Shown one piece after another: positions 29,301-44,900 of a stretch of 64,000 bases of DNA. This stretch comes from Eledone cirrhosa. Lineage: Eukaryota. Location of the stretch: assembly GCA_964016885.1 (NCBI GenBank), contig OZ024745.1, positions 64,356,001 to 64,420,000 on the forward strand, read 5' to 3'. Numbering within the stretch: the first letter of the stretch is position 1; each line of letters begins with the position of its first letter. A program made the translations under genes and the position numbers. Under the pieces are notes generated by a model that worked only from the letters and a program-made list of their open reading frames with translations, ran no database searches and was not told the DNA's origin.

Positions 29301-32300
29301 AAAAATGGATCACCCAAATAAAAAATGTATCACCCAAATAAAAAATGGATGCCCCAAATAAAAAATGGATCACCCAAATAAAAAATGGATCACCCAAATA
29401 AAAAATGGATCCGCCAAATAAAAAATGGATCCCCCAAATAAAAAATGGATCACCCAAATAAAAAATGGATCACCCAAATAAAAAATGGATCACCCAAATA
29501 AAAAATGGATCACCCAAATAAAAAATGGATCCCCCAAATAAAAAATGGATCACCCAAATAAAAAATGGATCCCCCAAATAAAAAATGGATCACCCAAATA
29601 AAAAATGGATCACCCAAATGAAAAATGGATCCCCCAAATAAAAAATGGATCCCCCAAATAAAAAATGGATCCCCCAAATAAAAAATGGATCCCCCAAATA
29701 AAAAATGGATCCTCCAAATAAAAAATGGATCACCCAAATAAAAAATGGATCCACCAAATAAAAAATGGATCCCCCAAATAAAAAATGGATCCCCCAAATA
29801 AAAAATGGATCACCCAAATAAAAAATGGATCACCCAAATGAAAAATGGATCCCCCAAATAAAAAATGGATCCCCCAAATAAAAAATGGATCCCCCAAATA
29901 AAAAATGGATCCCCCAAATAAAAAATGGATCCTCCAAATAAAAAATGGATCACCCAAATAAAAAATGGATCCACCAAATAAAAAATGGATCCCCCAAATA
30001 AAAAATGGATCCCCCAAATAAAAAATGGATCCCCCAAATAAAAAATGGATCCCCCAAATAAAAAATGGATACCCCAAATAAAAAATGGATCCCCCAAATA
30101 AAAAATGGATCCCCCAAATAAAAAATGGATCACCCAAATAAAAAATGTATACCATAAATAAAAAATGGATCACCCAAATAAAAAATGGATCACCCAAATA
30201 TAAAATGGATCCCTCAAATAAAAAATGGGTCACCCAAATAAAAAATGTATCACCCAAATAAAAAATGGATGCCCCAAATAAAAAATGGATCACCCAAATA
30301 AAAAATGGATCACCCAAATAAAAAAGGGATCCCCCAAATAAAAAATGGATCACCCAAATAAAAAATGGATCACCCAAATAAAAAATGGATCCGCCAAATA
30401 AAAAATGGATCCCCCAAATAAAAAATGGATCACCCAAATAAAAAATGGATCACCCAAATAAAAAATGGATCACCCAAATAAAAAATGGATCACCCAAATA
30501 AAAAATGGATCCCCCAAATAAAAAATGGATCACGCAAATAAAAAATGGATCCCCCAAATAAAAAATGAATCACCCAAATAAAAAATGGATCACCCAAATG
30601 AAAAATGGATCCCCCAAATAAAAAATGGATCCCCCAAATAAAAAATGGATCCCCCAAATAAAAAATGGATCCCCCAAATAAAAAATGGATCCTCCAAATA
30701 AAAAATGGATCACCCAAATAAAAAATGGATCCACCAAATAAAAAATGGATCCCCCAAATACAAAATGGATCCCCCAAATAAAAAATGGATCCCCCAAATA
30801 AAAAATGGATCACCCAAATAAAAAATGGATCCCCCAAATAAAAAATGGATCACCCAAATAAAAAATGGATCCCCCAAGTAAAAAATGGATCACCCAAATA
30901 AAAAATGGATCACCCAATTAAAAAATGGATCTCCCAAATAAAAAATGGATCACCCAAATAAAAAATGGATCCCCCAAATAAAAAATGGGTCACCCAAATA
31001 AAAAATGGATCACCCAAATAAAAAATGGATCCCCCAAATAAAAAATGGATCACCCAAATAAAAAATGGATCACCCAAATAAAAAATGGATCCCCTAAATA
31101 AAAAATGGATCACCCAAATTAAAAATGGATCCTCCAAATAAAAAATGGATCACCCAAATAAAAAATGGATCACCCAAATAAAAAATGGATCCCCCAAATA
31201 AAAAATGGATCACCCAAATAAAAAATGGACCCCCAAAATAAAAAAATTGATCACCCAAATAAAAAATGGATCACCCAAATAAAAAATGGATCCCCCAAAT
31301 AAAAAATGGATCACCCATATAAAAAATGAATCCCCCAAATAAAAAATGGACCTCCCCATAAAAAATTGGTGCACCCAAATAAAAAACGGACCCCTCCATT
31401 CAAAACGGGGCACCCAAATAAAAAACGGGGTACCCAAATAGAAAACGGACCACCCCATAAAGAAACGGAGCACCCAAATAAAAAACAGGGTACCCAAATA
31501 AAAACCGGGACACCCAAATAAAAAAACGGACCCCCCCCCCATAAAAAAACGGGGCACCCAAATAAAAAACGGACCCTCCCATAAAAAAACGGGGCACCCA
31601 AATAAAAAACGGGGTACCCAAATAAAAAACGGACCCTCCCCCATATAAAAACGGGGCACCCAAATAAAAAACGGACCCCCCCATAAAAGAACGGGGCACC
31701 CAAATAAAAAACGGACCACCGCATAAAAAAACGGGGCACCCAAATAAAAAACGGACCCCCCCATAAAAGAACGGGGCACCCAAATAAAAAACGAGGCACC
31801 CAAATAAATAACGGACCCCCCATAAAAAAACGAGGCACCCAAATAAAAAACTGGGTACCCAAATAAAAAACGGGGCACCCAAATAAAAAACGGGGCACAC
31901 TAATAAAAAATGGATCCCCCAAATAAAAAATGGATCCCCCAAATAAAAAATGGATCCCCCAAATAAAAAATGGATCACCCAAATAAAAAATGTATCCCAT
32001 AAATAAAAAATGGATCCCCCAAATAAAAAATGGATCCCCAAAATAAAAAATGGATCACCCAAATAAAAAATGGATCACCCAAATAAAAAATGGATCCCCA
32101 AAATAAAAAATGGATCACCCATATAAAAAGTGAATCCCCCGAATAAAAAATGGACCCCCCATAAAAAATCGGTGCACCCAAATAAAAAACGGACCCCCCC
32201 ATAAAAAGACGGGGCACCCAAATAAAAAACGAACCCCCCATAAAAGAACGGGGTACACAAATGAAAAACGCCCTCCCCCATAAAAAAACGGGGCACCCAA

Positions 32301-32640
32301 ATAAAAAACGGGGTACCCAAATAAAAAACGAACCCACCCATAAAAAAACGGGGCACCCAAATAAAAAACGGGGTACCCAAATAAATAACGGACCCCCCCA
32401 TAAAAAAACGAGGCACCCAAATAAAAAACGGGGTACCCAAATAAAAAACGGGGCACCCAAATAAAAAACGGGGCACACTAATAAAAAATGGATCCCCCAA
32501 ATAAAAAATGGATCCCCCAAATAAAAAATGGATCACCCAAATAAAAAATGTATACCATAAATAAAAAATGGATCACCCAAATAAAAAATGGATCACCCAA
32601 ATATAAAATGGATCCCTCAAATAAAAAATGGATCACCCAA
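23305..32640 (+). repeat. Tandem duplication, period 4656 bp, apparently (near-)identical copies
   Basis: ORF pairs with identical translations at +4656 (23321/27977, 24057/28713, 25074/29730, 26554/31210, 27605/32261). Rare markers (GATCACGC, CCATTCAAAAC, C10 run) recur at the same offset. Confidence 0.92.
24501..26690 (+). repeat. Long homogeneous, almost CpG-free A-type block (about 110 monomers); sister blocks at about 20586-22590, 29157-31350, 32481-34670
   Basis: Uninterrupted 20-bp register from 24481 to about 26575 with no indel. Monomers are TGGATC[A/C]CCC with sparse marker substitutions. Confidence 0.9.
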
Positions 32641-35600
32641 ATAAAAAATGTATCACCCAAATAAAAAATGGATGCCCCAAATAAAAAATGGATCACCCAA
32701 ATAAAAAAATGGATCACCCAAATAAAAAATGGATCCGCCAAATAAAAAATGGATCCCCCAAATAAAAAATGGATCACCCAAATAAAAAATGGATCACCCA
32801 AATAAAAAATGGATCACCCAAATAAAAAATGGATCACCCAAATAAAAAATGGATCCCCCAAATAAAAAATGGATCACCCAAATAAAAAATGGATCCCCCA
32901 AATAAAAAATGGATCACCCAAATAAAAAATGGATCACCCAAATGAAAAATGGATCCCCCAAATAAAAAATGGATCCCCCAAATAAAAAATGGATCCCCCA
33001 AATAAAAAATGGATCCCCCAAATAAAAAATGGATCCTCCAAATAAAAAATGGATCACCCAAATAAAAAATGGATCCACCAAATAAAAAATGGATCCCCCA
33101 AATAAAAAATGGATCCCCCAAATAAAAAATGGATCACCCAAATAAAAAATGGATCACCCAAATGAAAAATGGATCCCCCAAATAAAAAATGGATCCCCCA
33201 AATAAAAAATGGATCCCCCAAATAAAAAATGGATCCCCCAAATAAAAAATGGATCCTCCAAATAAAAAATGGATCACCCAAATAAAAAATGGATCCACCA
33301 AATAAAAAATGGATCCCCCAAATAAAAAATGGATCCCCCAAATAAAAAATGGATCCCCCAAATAAAAAATGGATCCCCCAAATAAAAAATGGATACCCCA
33401 AATAAAAAATGGATCCCCCAAATAAAAAATGGATCCCCCAAATAAAAAATGGATCACCCAAATAAAAAATGTATACCATAAATAAAAAATGGATCACCCA
33501 AATAAAAAATGGATCACCCAAATATAAAATGGATCCCTCAAATAAAAAATGGGTCACCCAAATAAAAAATGTATCACCCAAATAAAAAATGGATGCCCCA
33601 AATAAAAAATGGATCACCCAAATAAAAAATGGATCACCCAAATAAAAAAGGGATCCCCCAAATAAAAAATGGATCACCCAAATAAAAAATGGATCACCCA
33701 AATAAAAAATGGATCCGCCAAATAAAAAATGGATCCCCCAAATAAAAAATGGATCACCCAAATAAAAAATGGATCACCCAAATAAAAAATGGATCACCCA
33801 AATAAAAAATGGATCACCCAAATAAAAAATGGATCCCCCAAATAAAAAATGGATCACCCAAATAAAAAATGGATCCCCCAAATAAAAAATGAATCACCCA
33901 AATAAAAAATGGATCACCCAAATGAAAAATGGATCCCCCAAATAAAAAATGGATCCCCCAAATAAAAAATGGATCCCCCAAATAAAAAATGGATCCCCCA
34001 AATAAAAAATGGATCCTCCAAATAAAAAATGGATCACCCAAATAAAAAATGGATCCACCAAATAAAAAATGGATCCCCCAAATACAAAATGGATCCCCCA
34101 AATAAAAAATGGATCCCCCAAATAAAAAATGGATCACCCAAATAAAAAATGGATCCCCCAAATAAAAAATGGATCACCCAAATAAAAAATGGATCCCCCA
34201 AGTAAAAAATGGATCACCCAAATAAAAAATGGATCACCCAATTAAAAAATGGATCTCCCAAATAAAAAATGGATCACCCAAATAAAAAATGGATCCCCCA
34301 AATAAAAAATGGGTCACCCAAATAAAAAATGGATCACCCAAATAAAAAATGGATCCCCCAAATAAAAAATGGATCACCCAAATAAAAAATGGATCACCCA
34401 AATAAAAAATGGATCCCCTAAATAAAAAATGGATCACCCAAATTAAAAATGGAACCTCCAAATAAAAAATGGATCACCCAAATAAAAAATGGATCACCCA
34501 AATAAAAAATGGATCCCCCAAATAAAAAATGGATCACCCAAATAAAAAATGGACCCCCAAAATAAAAAAATTGATCACCCAAATAAAAAATGGATCACCC
34601 AAATAAAAAATGGATCCCCCAAATAAAAAATGGATCACCCATATAAAAAATGAATCCCCCAAATAAAAAATGGACCTCCCCATAAAAAATCGGTGCACCC
34701 AAATAAAAAACGGACCCCTCCATTCAAAACGGGGCACCCAAATAAAAAACGGGGTACCCAAATAGAAAACGGACCACCCCATAAAGAAACGGAGCACCCA
34801 AATAAAAAACGGACCCTCCCATAAAAAAACGGGGCACCCAAATAAAAAACGGGGTACCCAAATAAAAAACGGACCCTCCCCCATATAAAAACGGGGCACC
34901 CAAATAAAAAACGGACCCCCCCATAAAAGAACGGGGCACCCAAATAAAAAACGGACCACCGCATAAAAAAACGGGGCACCCAAATAAAAAACGGACCCCC
35001 CCATAAAAGAACGGGGCACCCAAATAAAAAACGAGGCACCCAAATAAATAACGGACCCCCCATAAAAAAACGAGGCACCCAAATAAAAAACGGGGTACCC
35101 AAATAAAAAACGGGGCACCCAAATAAAAAACGGGGCACACTAATAAAAAATGGATCCCCCAAATAAAAAATGGATCCCCCAAATAAAAAATGGATCCCCC
35201 AAATAAAAAATGGATCACCCAAATAAAAAATGTATCCCATAAATAAAAAATGGATCCCCCAAATAAAAAATGGATCCCCAAAATAAAAAATGGATCACCC
35301 AAATAAAAAATGGATCACCCAAATAAAAAATGGATCCCCAAAATAAAAAATGGATCACCCATATAAAAAGTGAATCCCCCGAATAAAAAATGGACCCCCC
35401 ATAAAAAATCGGTGCACCCAAATAAAAAACGGACCCCCCCATAAAAAGACGGGCACCCAAATAAAAAACGAACCCCCCATAAAAGAACGGGGTACACAAA
35501 TGAAAAACGCCCTCCCCCATAAAAAAACGGGGCACCCAAATAAAAAACGGGGTACCCAAATAAAAAACGAACCCACCCATAAAAAAACGGGGCACCCAAA

Positions 35601-35720
35601 TAAAAAACGGGGTACCCAAATAAATAACGTACCCCCCCATAAAAAAACGAGGCACCCAAATAAAAAACGGGGTACCCAAATAAAAAACGGGGCACCCAAA
35701 TAAAAAACGGGGCACACTAA
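29156..35720 (+). repeat. Tandem duplication, period about 3324 bp (3240 bp after an 84-bp deletion near 34800), overlapping the 4656-bp duplication
   Basis: ORF pairs 29510/32834, 29730/33054, 30910/34234, 31210/34534, then 31975/35215. The CCATTCAAAAC marker occurs a third time at about 34720. Confidence 0.87.
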
Positions 35721-38700
35721 TAAAAAATGGATCCCCCAAATAAAAAATGGATCCCCCAAATAAAAAATGGATCCCCCAAATAAAAAATGGATCCCCCAAA
35801 TAAAAAATGGATCACCCAAATAAAAAATGGATCACCCAAATAAAAAATGTATCCCATAAATAAAAAATGGATCACCCAAATAAAAAATGGATCACCCAAA
35901 TAAAAAATGGATGCCCCAAATAAAAAATGGATCACCCAAATAAAAAATGGATCACCCAAATATAAAATGGATCCCTCAAATAAAAATGGATCACCCAAAT
36001 AAAAAATGTATCACCCAAATAAAAAATGGATGCCCCAAATAAAAAATGGATCACCCAAATAAAAAATGGATCACCCAAATAAAAAATGGATCCCCCAAAT
36101 AAAAAATGGATCACCCAAATAAAAAATGAATCCCCCAAATAAAAAATGGATCACCCAAATAAAAAATGGATCACCCAAATAAAAAATGGATCACCCAAAT
36201 AAAAAATGGATCACCCAAATAAAAAATGGATCCCCCAAATAAAAAATGGATCCCCCAAATAAAAAATGGATCACCCAAATAAAAAATGTATCACCCAAAT
36301 AAAAAATGGATCCCCCAAATAAAAAATGGATAACCCAAATAAAAAATGGATTCCCCAAATAAAAAATGGATCACCCAAATAAAAAATGGATCACCCAAAT
36401 AAAAAATGGATCCCCCAAATAAAAAATGGATCCCCAAAATAAAAAATGAATCACCCAAATAAAAAATGGATCACCCAAATAAAAAATGGATCCCCCAAAT
36501 AAAAAAATGGATCACCCATATAAAATTGAATCCCCCAAATAAAAAATGGACCCCCCATAAAAAATCGGTGAACCCAAATAAAAAACGAACCCCCCCATAA
36601 AAAAACGGGGCACCCAAATAAAAAACGGACCCCCCATAAAAAAACGGGGTACACAAATGAAAAACGCCCTCCCCCATAAAAAAACGGGGCACCCAAATAA
36701 AAAACGGGGTACCCAAATAAAAAACGGACCCCCCCATAAAAAAACGGGGCACCCAAATAAAGAACGGGGTACCCAAATAAATAACGGACCCCCCCATAAA
36801 AAAACGAGGCACCCAAATAAAAAACGGGGTACCCAAATAAAAAACGGACCCCCATAAAAAAACGGGGTACACAAATGAAAAACGCCCTCCCCCATAAAAA
36901 AACGGGGCACCCAAATAAAAAACGGGGTACCCAAATAAAAAACGGACCCCCCCATAAAAAAACGGGGCACCCAAATAAAAAACGGGGTACCCAAATAAAT
37001 AACGGACCCCCCCATAAAAAAACGAGGCACCCAAATAAAAAACGGGGTACCCAAATAAAAAACGGGGCACCCAAATAAAAAACGGGGCACACTAATAAAA
37101 AATGGATCCCCCAAATAAAAAATGGATCCCCCAAATAAAAAATGGATCACCCAAATAAAAAATGGATCACCGAAATAAAAAATGGATCCGCCAAATAAAA
37201 AATGGATCCGCCAAATAAAAAATGGATCCCCCAAATAAAAAATGGATCACCCAAATAAAAAATGGATCACCCAAATAAAAAATGGATCACCCAAATAAAA
37301 AATGGATCACCCAAATAAAAAATGGATCCCCCAAATAAAAAATGGATCACCCAAATAAAAAATGGATCCCCCAAATAAAAAATGAATCACCCAAATAAAA
37401 AATGGATCACCCAAATGAAAAATGGATCCCCCAAATAAATAATGGATCCCCCAAATAAAAAATGGATCCCCCAAATAAAAAATGGATCCCCCAAATAAAA
37501 AATGGATCCTCCAAATAAAAAATGGATCACCCAAATAAAAAATGGATCCACCAAATAAAAAATGGATCCCCCAAATACAAAATGGATCCCCCAAATAAAA
37601 AATGGATCCCTCAAATAAAAAATGGATCACCCAAATAAAAAATGGATCCCCCAAATAAAAAATGGATCACCCAAATAAAAAATGGATCCCCCAAGTAAAA
37701 AATGGATCACCCAAATAAAAAATGGATCACCCAATTAAAAAATGGATCTCCCAAATAAAAAATGGATCACCCAAATAAAAAATGGATCCCCCAAATAAAA
37801 AATGGGTCACCCAAATAAAAAATGGATCACCCAAATAAAAAATGGATCCCCCAAATAAAAAATGGATCACCCAAATAAAAAATGGATCACCCAAATAAAA
37901 AATGGATCCCCTAAATAAAAAATGGATCACCCAAATTAAAAATGGATCCTCCAAATAAAAAATGGATCACCCAAATAAAAAATGGATCACCCAAATAAAA
38001 AATGTATCCCCCAAATAAAAAATGGATCACCCAAATAAAAAATCGACCCCCAAAATAAAAAAATTGATCACCCAAATAAAAAATGGATCACCCAAATAAA
38101 AAATGGATCCCCCAAATAAAAAATGGATCACCCATATAAAAAATGAATCCCCCAAATAAAAAATGGACCTCCCCATAAAAAATCGGTGCACCCAAATAAA
38201 AAACGGACCCCTCCATAAAAAACGGGGCACCCAAATAAAAAACGGGGTACCCAAATAAAAAACGGACCACCCCATAAAAAAACGGAGCACCCAAATAAAA
38301 AACAGGGTACCCAAATAAAAAACGGGACACCCAAATAAAAAAACGGACCCCTCCATAAAAAAACGGGGCACCCAAATAAAAAACGGACCCCCCCATAAAA
38401 AAACGGGGCACCCAAATAAAAAACGGGGTACCCAAATAAAAAACGGACCCTCCCCCATATAAAAACGGGGCACCCAAATAAAAAACGGACCCCCCCATAA
38501 AAGAACGGGGCACCCAAATAAAAAACGGACCACCGCATAAAAAAACGGGGCACCCAAATAAAAAACGGACCCCCCCATAAAAGAACGGGGCACCCAAATA
38601 AATAACGGACCCCCCCATAAAAAAACGAGGCACCCAAATAAAAAACGGGGTACCCAAATAAAAAACGGGGCACCCAAATAAAAAACGGGGCACACTAATA

Positions 38701-38979
38701 AAAAATGGATCCCCCAAATAAAAAATGGATCCCCCAAATAAAAAATGGATCACCCAAATAAAAAATGTATCCCATAAATAAAAAATGGATCCCCCAAATA
38801 AAAAATGGATCCCCAAAATAAAAAATGGATCACCCAAATAAAAAATGGATCACCCAAATAAAAAATGGATCCCCAAAATAAAAAATGGATCACCCATATA
38901 AAAAGTGAATCCCCCAAATAAAAAATGGACCCCCCATAAAAAATCGGTGCACCCAAATAAAAAACGGAGCCCCATAAAA

Positions 38980-41900
38980 AAACGGGGTACACAAATGAAA
39001 AACGCCCTCCCCCATAAAAAACGGGGCACCCAAATAAAAAACGGGGTACCCAAATAAAAAACGAACCCACCCATAAAAAAACGGGGCACCCAAATAAAAA
39101 ACGGGGTACCCAAATAAATAACGGACCCCCCCATAAAAAAACGAGGCACCCAAATAAAAAACGGGGTACCCAAATAAAAAACGGGGCACCCAAATAAAAA
39201 ACGGGGCACACTAATAAAAAATGGATCCCCCAAATAAAAAATGGATCCCCCAAATAAAAAATGGATCCCCCAAATAAAAAATGGATCACCCAAATAAAAA
39301 ATGGATCCCCCAAATAAAAAATGAATCACCCAAATAAAAAATGGATCACCCAAATGAAAAATGGATCCCCCAAATAAAAAATGGATCCCCCAAATAAAAA
39401 ATGGATCCCCCAAATAAAAAATGGATCCTCCAAATAAAAAATGGATCACCCAAATAAAAAATGGATCCACCAAATAAAAAATGGATCCCCCAAATAAAAA
39501 ATGGATCCCCCAAATAAAAAATGGATCCCCCAAATAAAAAATGGATCACCCAAATAAAAAATGGATCCCCCAAATAAAAAATGGATCACCCAAATAAAAA
39601 ATGGATCCCCCAAGTAAAAAATGGATCACCCAAATAAAAAATGGATCACCCAATTAAAAAATGGATCTCCCAAATAAAAAATGGATCACCCAAATAAAAA
39701 ATGGATCCCCCAAATAAAAAATGGGTCACCCAAATAAAAAATGGATCACCCAAATAAAAAATGGATCCCCCAAATAAAAAATGGATCACCCAAATAAAAA
39801 ATGGATCACCCAAATAAAAAATGGATCCCCTAAATAAAAAATGGATCACCCAAATTAAAAATGGATCCTCCAAATAAAAAATGGATCACCCAAATAAAAA
39901 ATGGATCACCCAAATAAAAAATGGATCCCCCAAATAAAAAATGAATCACCCAAATAAAAAATGGACCCCCAAAATAAAAAAATTGATCACCCAAATAAAA
40001 AATGGATCACCCAAATAAAAAATGGATCCCCCAAATAAAAAATGGATCACCCATATAAAAAATGAATCCCCCAAATAAAAAATGGACCTCCCCATAAAAA
40101 ATCGGTGCACCCAAATAAAAAACGGACCCCTCCATAAAAAACGGGGCACCCAAATAAAAAACGGGGTACCCAAATAAAAAACGGACCACCCCATAAAAAA
40201 ACGGAGCACCCAAATAAAAAACAGGGTACCCAAATAAAAAACGGGGCACCCAAATAAAAAAACGGACCCCCCCATAAAAAAACGGGGCACCCAAATAAAA
40301 AACGGACCCCCCCATAAAAAAACGGGGCACCCAAATAAAAAACGGGGTACCCAAATAAAAAACGGGCCCTCCCCCATATAAAAACGGGGCACCCAAATAA
40401 AAAACGGACCCCCCCATAAAAGAACGGGGCACCCAAATAAAAAACGGACCACCGCATAAAAAAACGGGGCACCCAAATAAAAAACGGACCCCCCCATAAA
40501 AGAACGGGGCACCCAAATAAAAAACGGGGCACCCAAATAAATAACGGACCCCCCCATAAAAAAACGAGGCACCCAAATAAAAAACGGGGTACCCAAATAA
40601 AAAACGGGGCACCCAAATAAAAAACGGGGCACACTAATAAAAAATGGATCCCCCAAATAAAAAATGGATCCCCCAAATAAAAAATGGATCCCCCAAATAA
40701 AAAATGGATCACCCAAATAAAAAATGTATCCCATAAATAAAAAATGGATCACCCAAATAAAAAATGGATCACCCAAATAAAAAATGGATCCCCCAAATAA
40801 ACAATGGATCACCCAAATAAAAAATGGATCACCCAAATATAAAATGGATCCCTCAAATAAAAAATGGATCACCCAAATAAAAAATGGATCCCCCAAATAA
40901 AAAATGGATCACCCATATAAAAAATGAATCCCCCAAATAAAAAATGGACCTCCCCATAAAAAATCGGTGCACCCAAATAAAAAACGGACCCCTCCATAAA
41001 AAACGGGGCACCCAAATAAAAAACGGGGTACCCAAATAAAAAACGGACCACCCCATAAAAAAACGGAGCACCCAAATAAAAAACAGGGTACCCAAATAAA
41101 AAACGGGACACCCAAATAAAAAAACGGACCCCCCCATAAAAAAACGGGGCACCCAAATAAAAAACGGACCCCCCCATAAAAAAACGGGGCACCCAAATAA
41201 AAAACGGGGTACCCAAATAAAAAACGGACCCTCCCCCATATAAAAACGGGGCACCCAAATAAAAAACGGACCCCCCCATAAAAGAACGGGGCACCCAAAT
41301 AAAAAACGGACCACCGCATAAAAAAACGGGGCACCCAAATAAAAAACGGACCCCCCCATAAAAGAACGGGGCGCCCAAATAAAAAACGGGGCACCCAAAT
41401 AAATAACGGACCCCCCCATAAAAAAACGAGGCACCCAAATAAAAAACGGGGTACCCAAATAAAAAACGGGGCACCCAAATAAAAAACGGGGCACACTAAT
41501 AAAAAATGGATCCCCAAAATAAAAAATGGATCACCCAAATAAAAAATGGATCACCCAAATAAAAAATGGATCCCCAAAATAAAAAATGGATCACCCATAT
41601 AAAAAGTGAATCCCCCAAATAAAAAATGGACCCCCCATAAAAAATCGGTGCACCCAAATAAAAAACGGACCCCCCCATAAAAAGACGGGGCACCCAAATA
41701 AAAAACGGACCCCCCATAAAAAAACGGGGTACACAAATGAAAAACGCCCTCCCCCATAAAAAACGGGGCACCCAAATAAAAAACGGGGTACCCAAATAAA
41801 AAACGAACCCACCCATAAAAAAACGGGGCACCCAAATAAAAAACGGGGTACCCAAATAAATAACGGACCCCCCCATAAAAAAACGAGGCACCCAAATAAA

Positions 41901-44900
41901 AAACGGGGTACCCAAATAAAAAACGGGGCACCCAAATAAAAAACGGGGCACACTAATAAAAAATGGATCCCCCAAATAAAAAATGGATCCCCCAAATAAA
42001 AAATGGATCCCCCAAATAAAAAATGGATCACCCAAATAAAAAATGGATCCCCCAAATAAAAAATGAATCACCCAAATAAAAAATGGATCACCCAAATGAA
42101 AAATGGATCCCCCAAATAAAAAATGGATCCCCCAAATAAAAAATGGATCCCCCAAATAAAAAATGGATCCTCCAAATAAAAAATGGATCACCCAAATAAA
42201 AAATGGATCCACCAAATAAAAAATGGATCCCCCAAATAAAAAATGGATCCCCCAAATAAAAAATGGATCCCCCAAATAAAAAATGGATCACCCAAATAAA
42301 AAATGGATCCCCCAAATAAAAAATGGATCACCCAAATAAAAAATGGATCCCCCAAGTAAAAAATGGATCACCCAAATAAAAAATGGATCACCCAATTAAA
42401 AAATGGATCTCCCAAATAAAAAATGGATCACCCAAATAAAAAATGGATCCCCCAAATAAAAAATGGGTCACCCAAATAAAAAATGGATCACCCAAATAAA
42501 AAATGGATCCCCCAAATAAAAAATGGATCACCCAAATAAAAAATGGATCACCCAAATAAAAAATGGATCCCCTAAATAAAAAATGGATCACCCAAATTAA
42601 AAATGGATCCTCCAAATAAAAAATGGATCACCCAAATAAAAAATGGATCACCCAAATAAAAAATGGATCCCCCAAATAAAAAATGAATCACCCAAATAAA
42701 AAATGGACCCCCAAAATAAAAAAATTGATCACCCAAATAAAAAATGGATCACCCAAATAAAAAATGGATCCCCCAAATAAAAAATGGATCACCCATATAA
42801 AAAATGAATCCCCCAAATAAAAAATGGACCTCCCCATAAAAAATCGGTGCACCCAAATAAAAAACGGACCCCTCCATAAAAAACGGGGCACCCAAATAAA
42901 AAACGGGGTACCCAAATAAAAAACGGACCACCCCATAAAAAAACGGAGCACCCAAATAAAAAACAGGGTACCCAAATAAAAAACGGGGCACCCAAATAAA
43001 AAAACGGACCCCCCCATAAAAAAACGGGGCACCCAAATAAAAAACGGACCCCCCCATAAAAAAACGGGGCACCCAAATAAAAAACGGGGTACCCAAATAA
43101 AAAACGGGCCCTCCCCCATATAAAAACGGGGCACCCAAATAAAAAACGGACCCCCCCATAAAAGAACGGGGCACCCAAATAAAAAACGGACCACCGCATA
43201 AAAAAACGGGGCACCCAAATAAAAAACGGACCCCCCCATAAAAGAACGGGGCACCCAAATAAAAAACGGGGCACCCAAATAAATAACGGACCCCCCCATA
43301 AAAAAACGAGGCACCCAAATAAAAAACGGGGTACCCAAATAAAAAACGGGGCACCCAAATAAAAAACGGGGCACACTAATAAAAAATGGATCCCCCAAAT
43401 AAAAAATGGATCCCCCAAATAAAAAATGGATCCCCCAAATAAAAAATGGATCACCCAAATAAAAAATGTATCCCATAAATAAAAAATGGATCACCCAAAT
43501 AAAAAATGGATCACCCAAATAAAAAATGGATCCCCCAAATAAACAATGGATCACCCAAATAAAAAATGGATCACCCAAATATAAAATGGATCCCTCAAAT
43601 AAAAAATGGATCACCCAAATAAAAAATGGATCCCCCAAATAAAAAATGGATCACCCATATAAAAAATGAATCCCCCAAATAAAAAATGGACCTCCCCATA
43701 AAAAATCGGTGCACCCAAATAAAAAACGGACCCCTCCATAAAAAACGGGGCACCCAAATAAAAAACGGGGTACCCAAATAAAAAACGGACCACCCCATAA
43801 AAAAACGGAGCACCCAAATAAAAAACAGGGTACCCAAATAAAAAACGGGACACCCAAATAAAAAAACGGACCCCCCCATAAAAAAACGGGGCACCCAAAT
43901 AAAAAACGGACCCCCCCATAAAAAAACGGGGCACCCAAATAAAAAACGGGGTACCCAAATAAAAAACGGACCCTCCCCCATATAAAAACGGGGCACCCAA
44001 ATAAAAAACGGACCCCCCCATAAAAGAACGGGGCACCCAAATAAAAAACGGACCACCGCATAAAAAAACGGGGCACCCAAATAAAAAACGGACCCCCCCA
44101 TAAAAGAACGGGGCGCCCAAATAAAAAACGGGGCACCCAAATAAATAACGGACCCCCCCATAAAAAAACGAGGCACCCAAATAAAAAACGGGGTACCCAA
44201 ATAAAAAACGGGGCACCCAAATAAAAAACGGGGCACACTAATAAAAAATGGATCCCCAAAATAAAAAATGGATCACCCAAATAAAAAATGGATCACCCAA
44301 ATAAAAAATGGATCCCCAAAATAAAAAATGGATCACCCATATAAAAAGTGAATCCCCCAAATAAAAAATGGACCCCCCATAAAAAATCGGTGCACCCAAA
44401 TAAAAAACGGACCCCCCCATAAAAAGACGGGGCACCCAAATAAAAAACGGACCCCCCATAAAAAAACGGGGTACACAAATGAAAAACGCCCTCCCCCATA
44501 AAAAACGGGGCACCCAAATAAAAAACGGGGTACCCAAATAAAAAACGAACCCACCCATAAAAAAACGGGGCACCCAAATAAAAAACGGGGTACCCAAATA
44601 AATAACGGACCCCCCCATAAAAAAACGAGGCACCCAAATAAAAAACGGGGTACCCAAATAAAAAACGGGGCACCCAAATAAAAAACGGGGCACACTAATA
44701 AAAAATGGATCCCCCAAATAAAAAATGGATCCCCCAAATAAAAAATGGATCCCCCAAATAAAAAATGGATCACCCAAATAAAAAATGGATCCCCCAAATA
44801 AAAAATGAATCACCCAAATAAAAAATGGATCACCCAAATGAAAAATGGATCCCCCAAATAAAAAATGGATCCCCCAAATAAAAAATGGATCCCCCAAATA

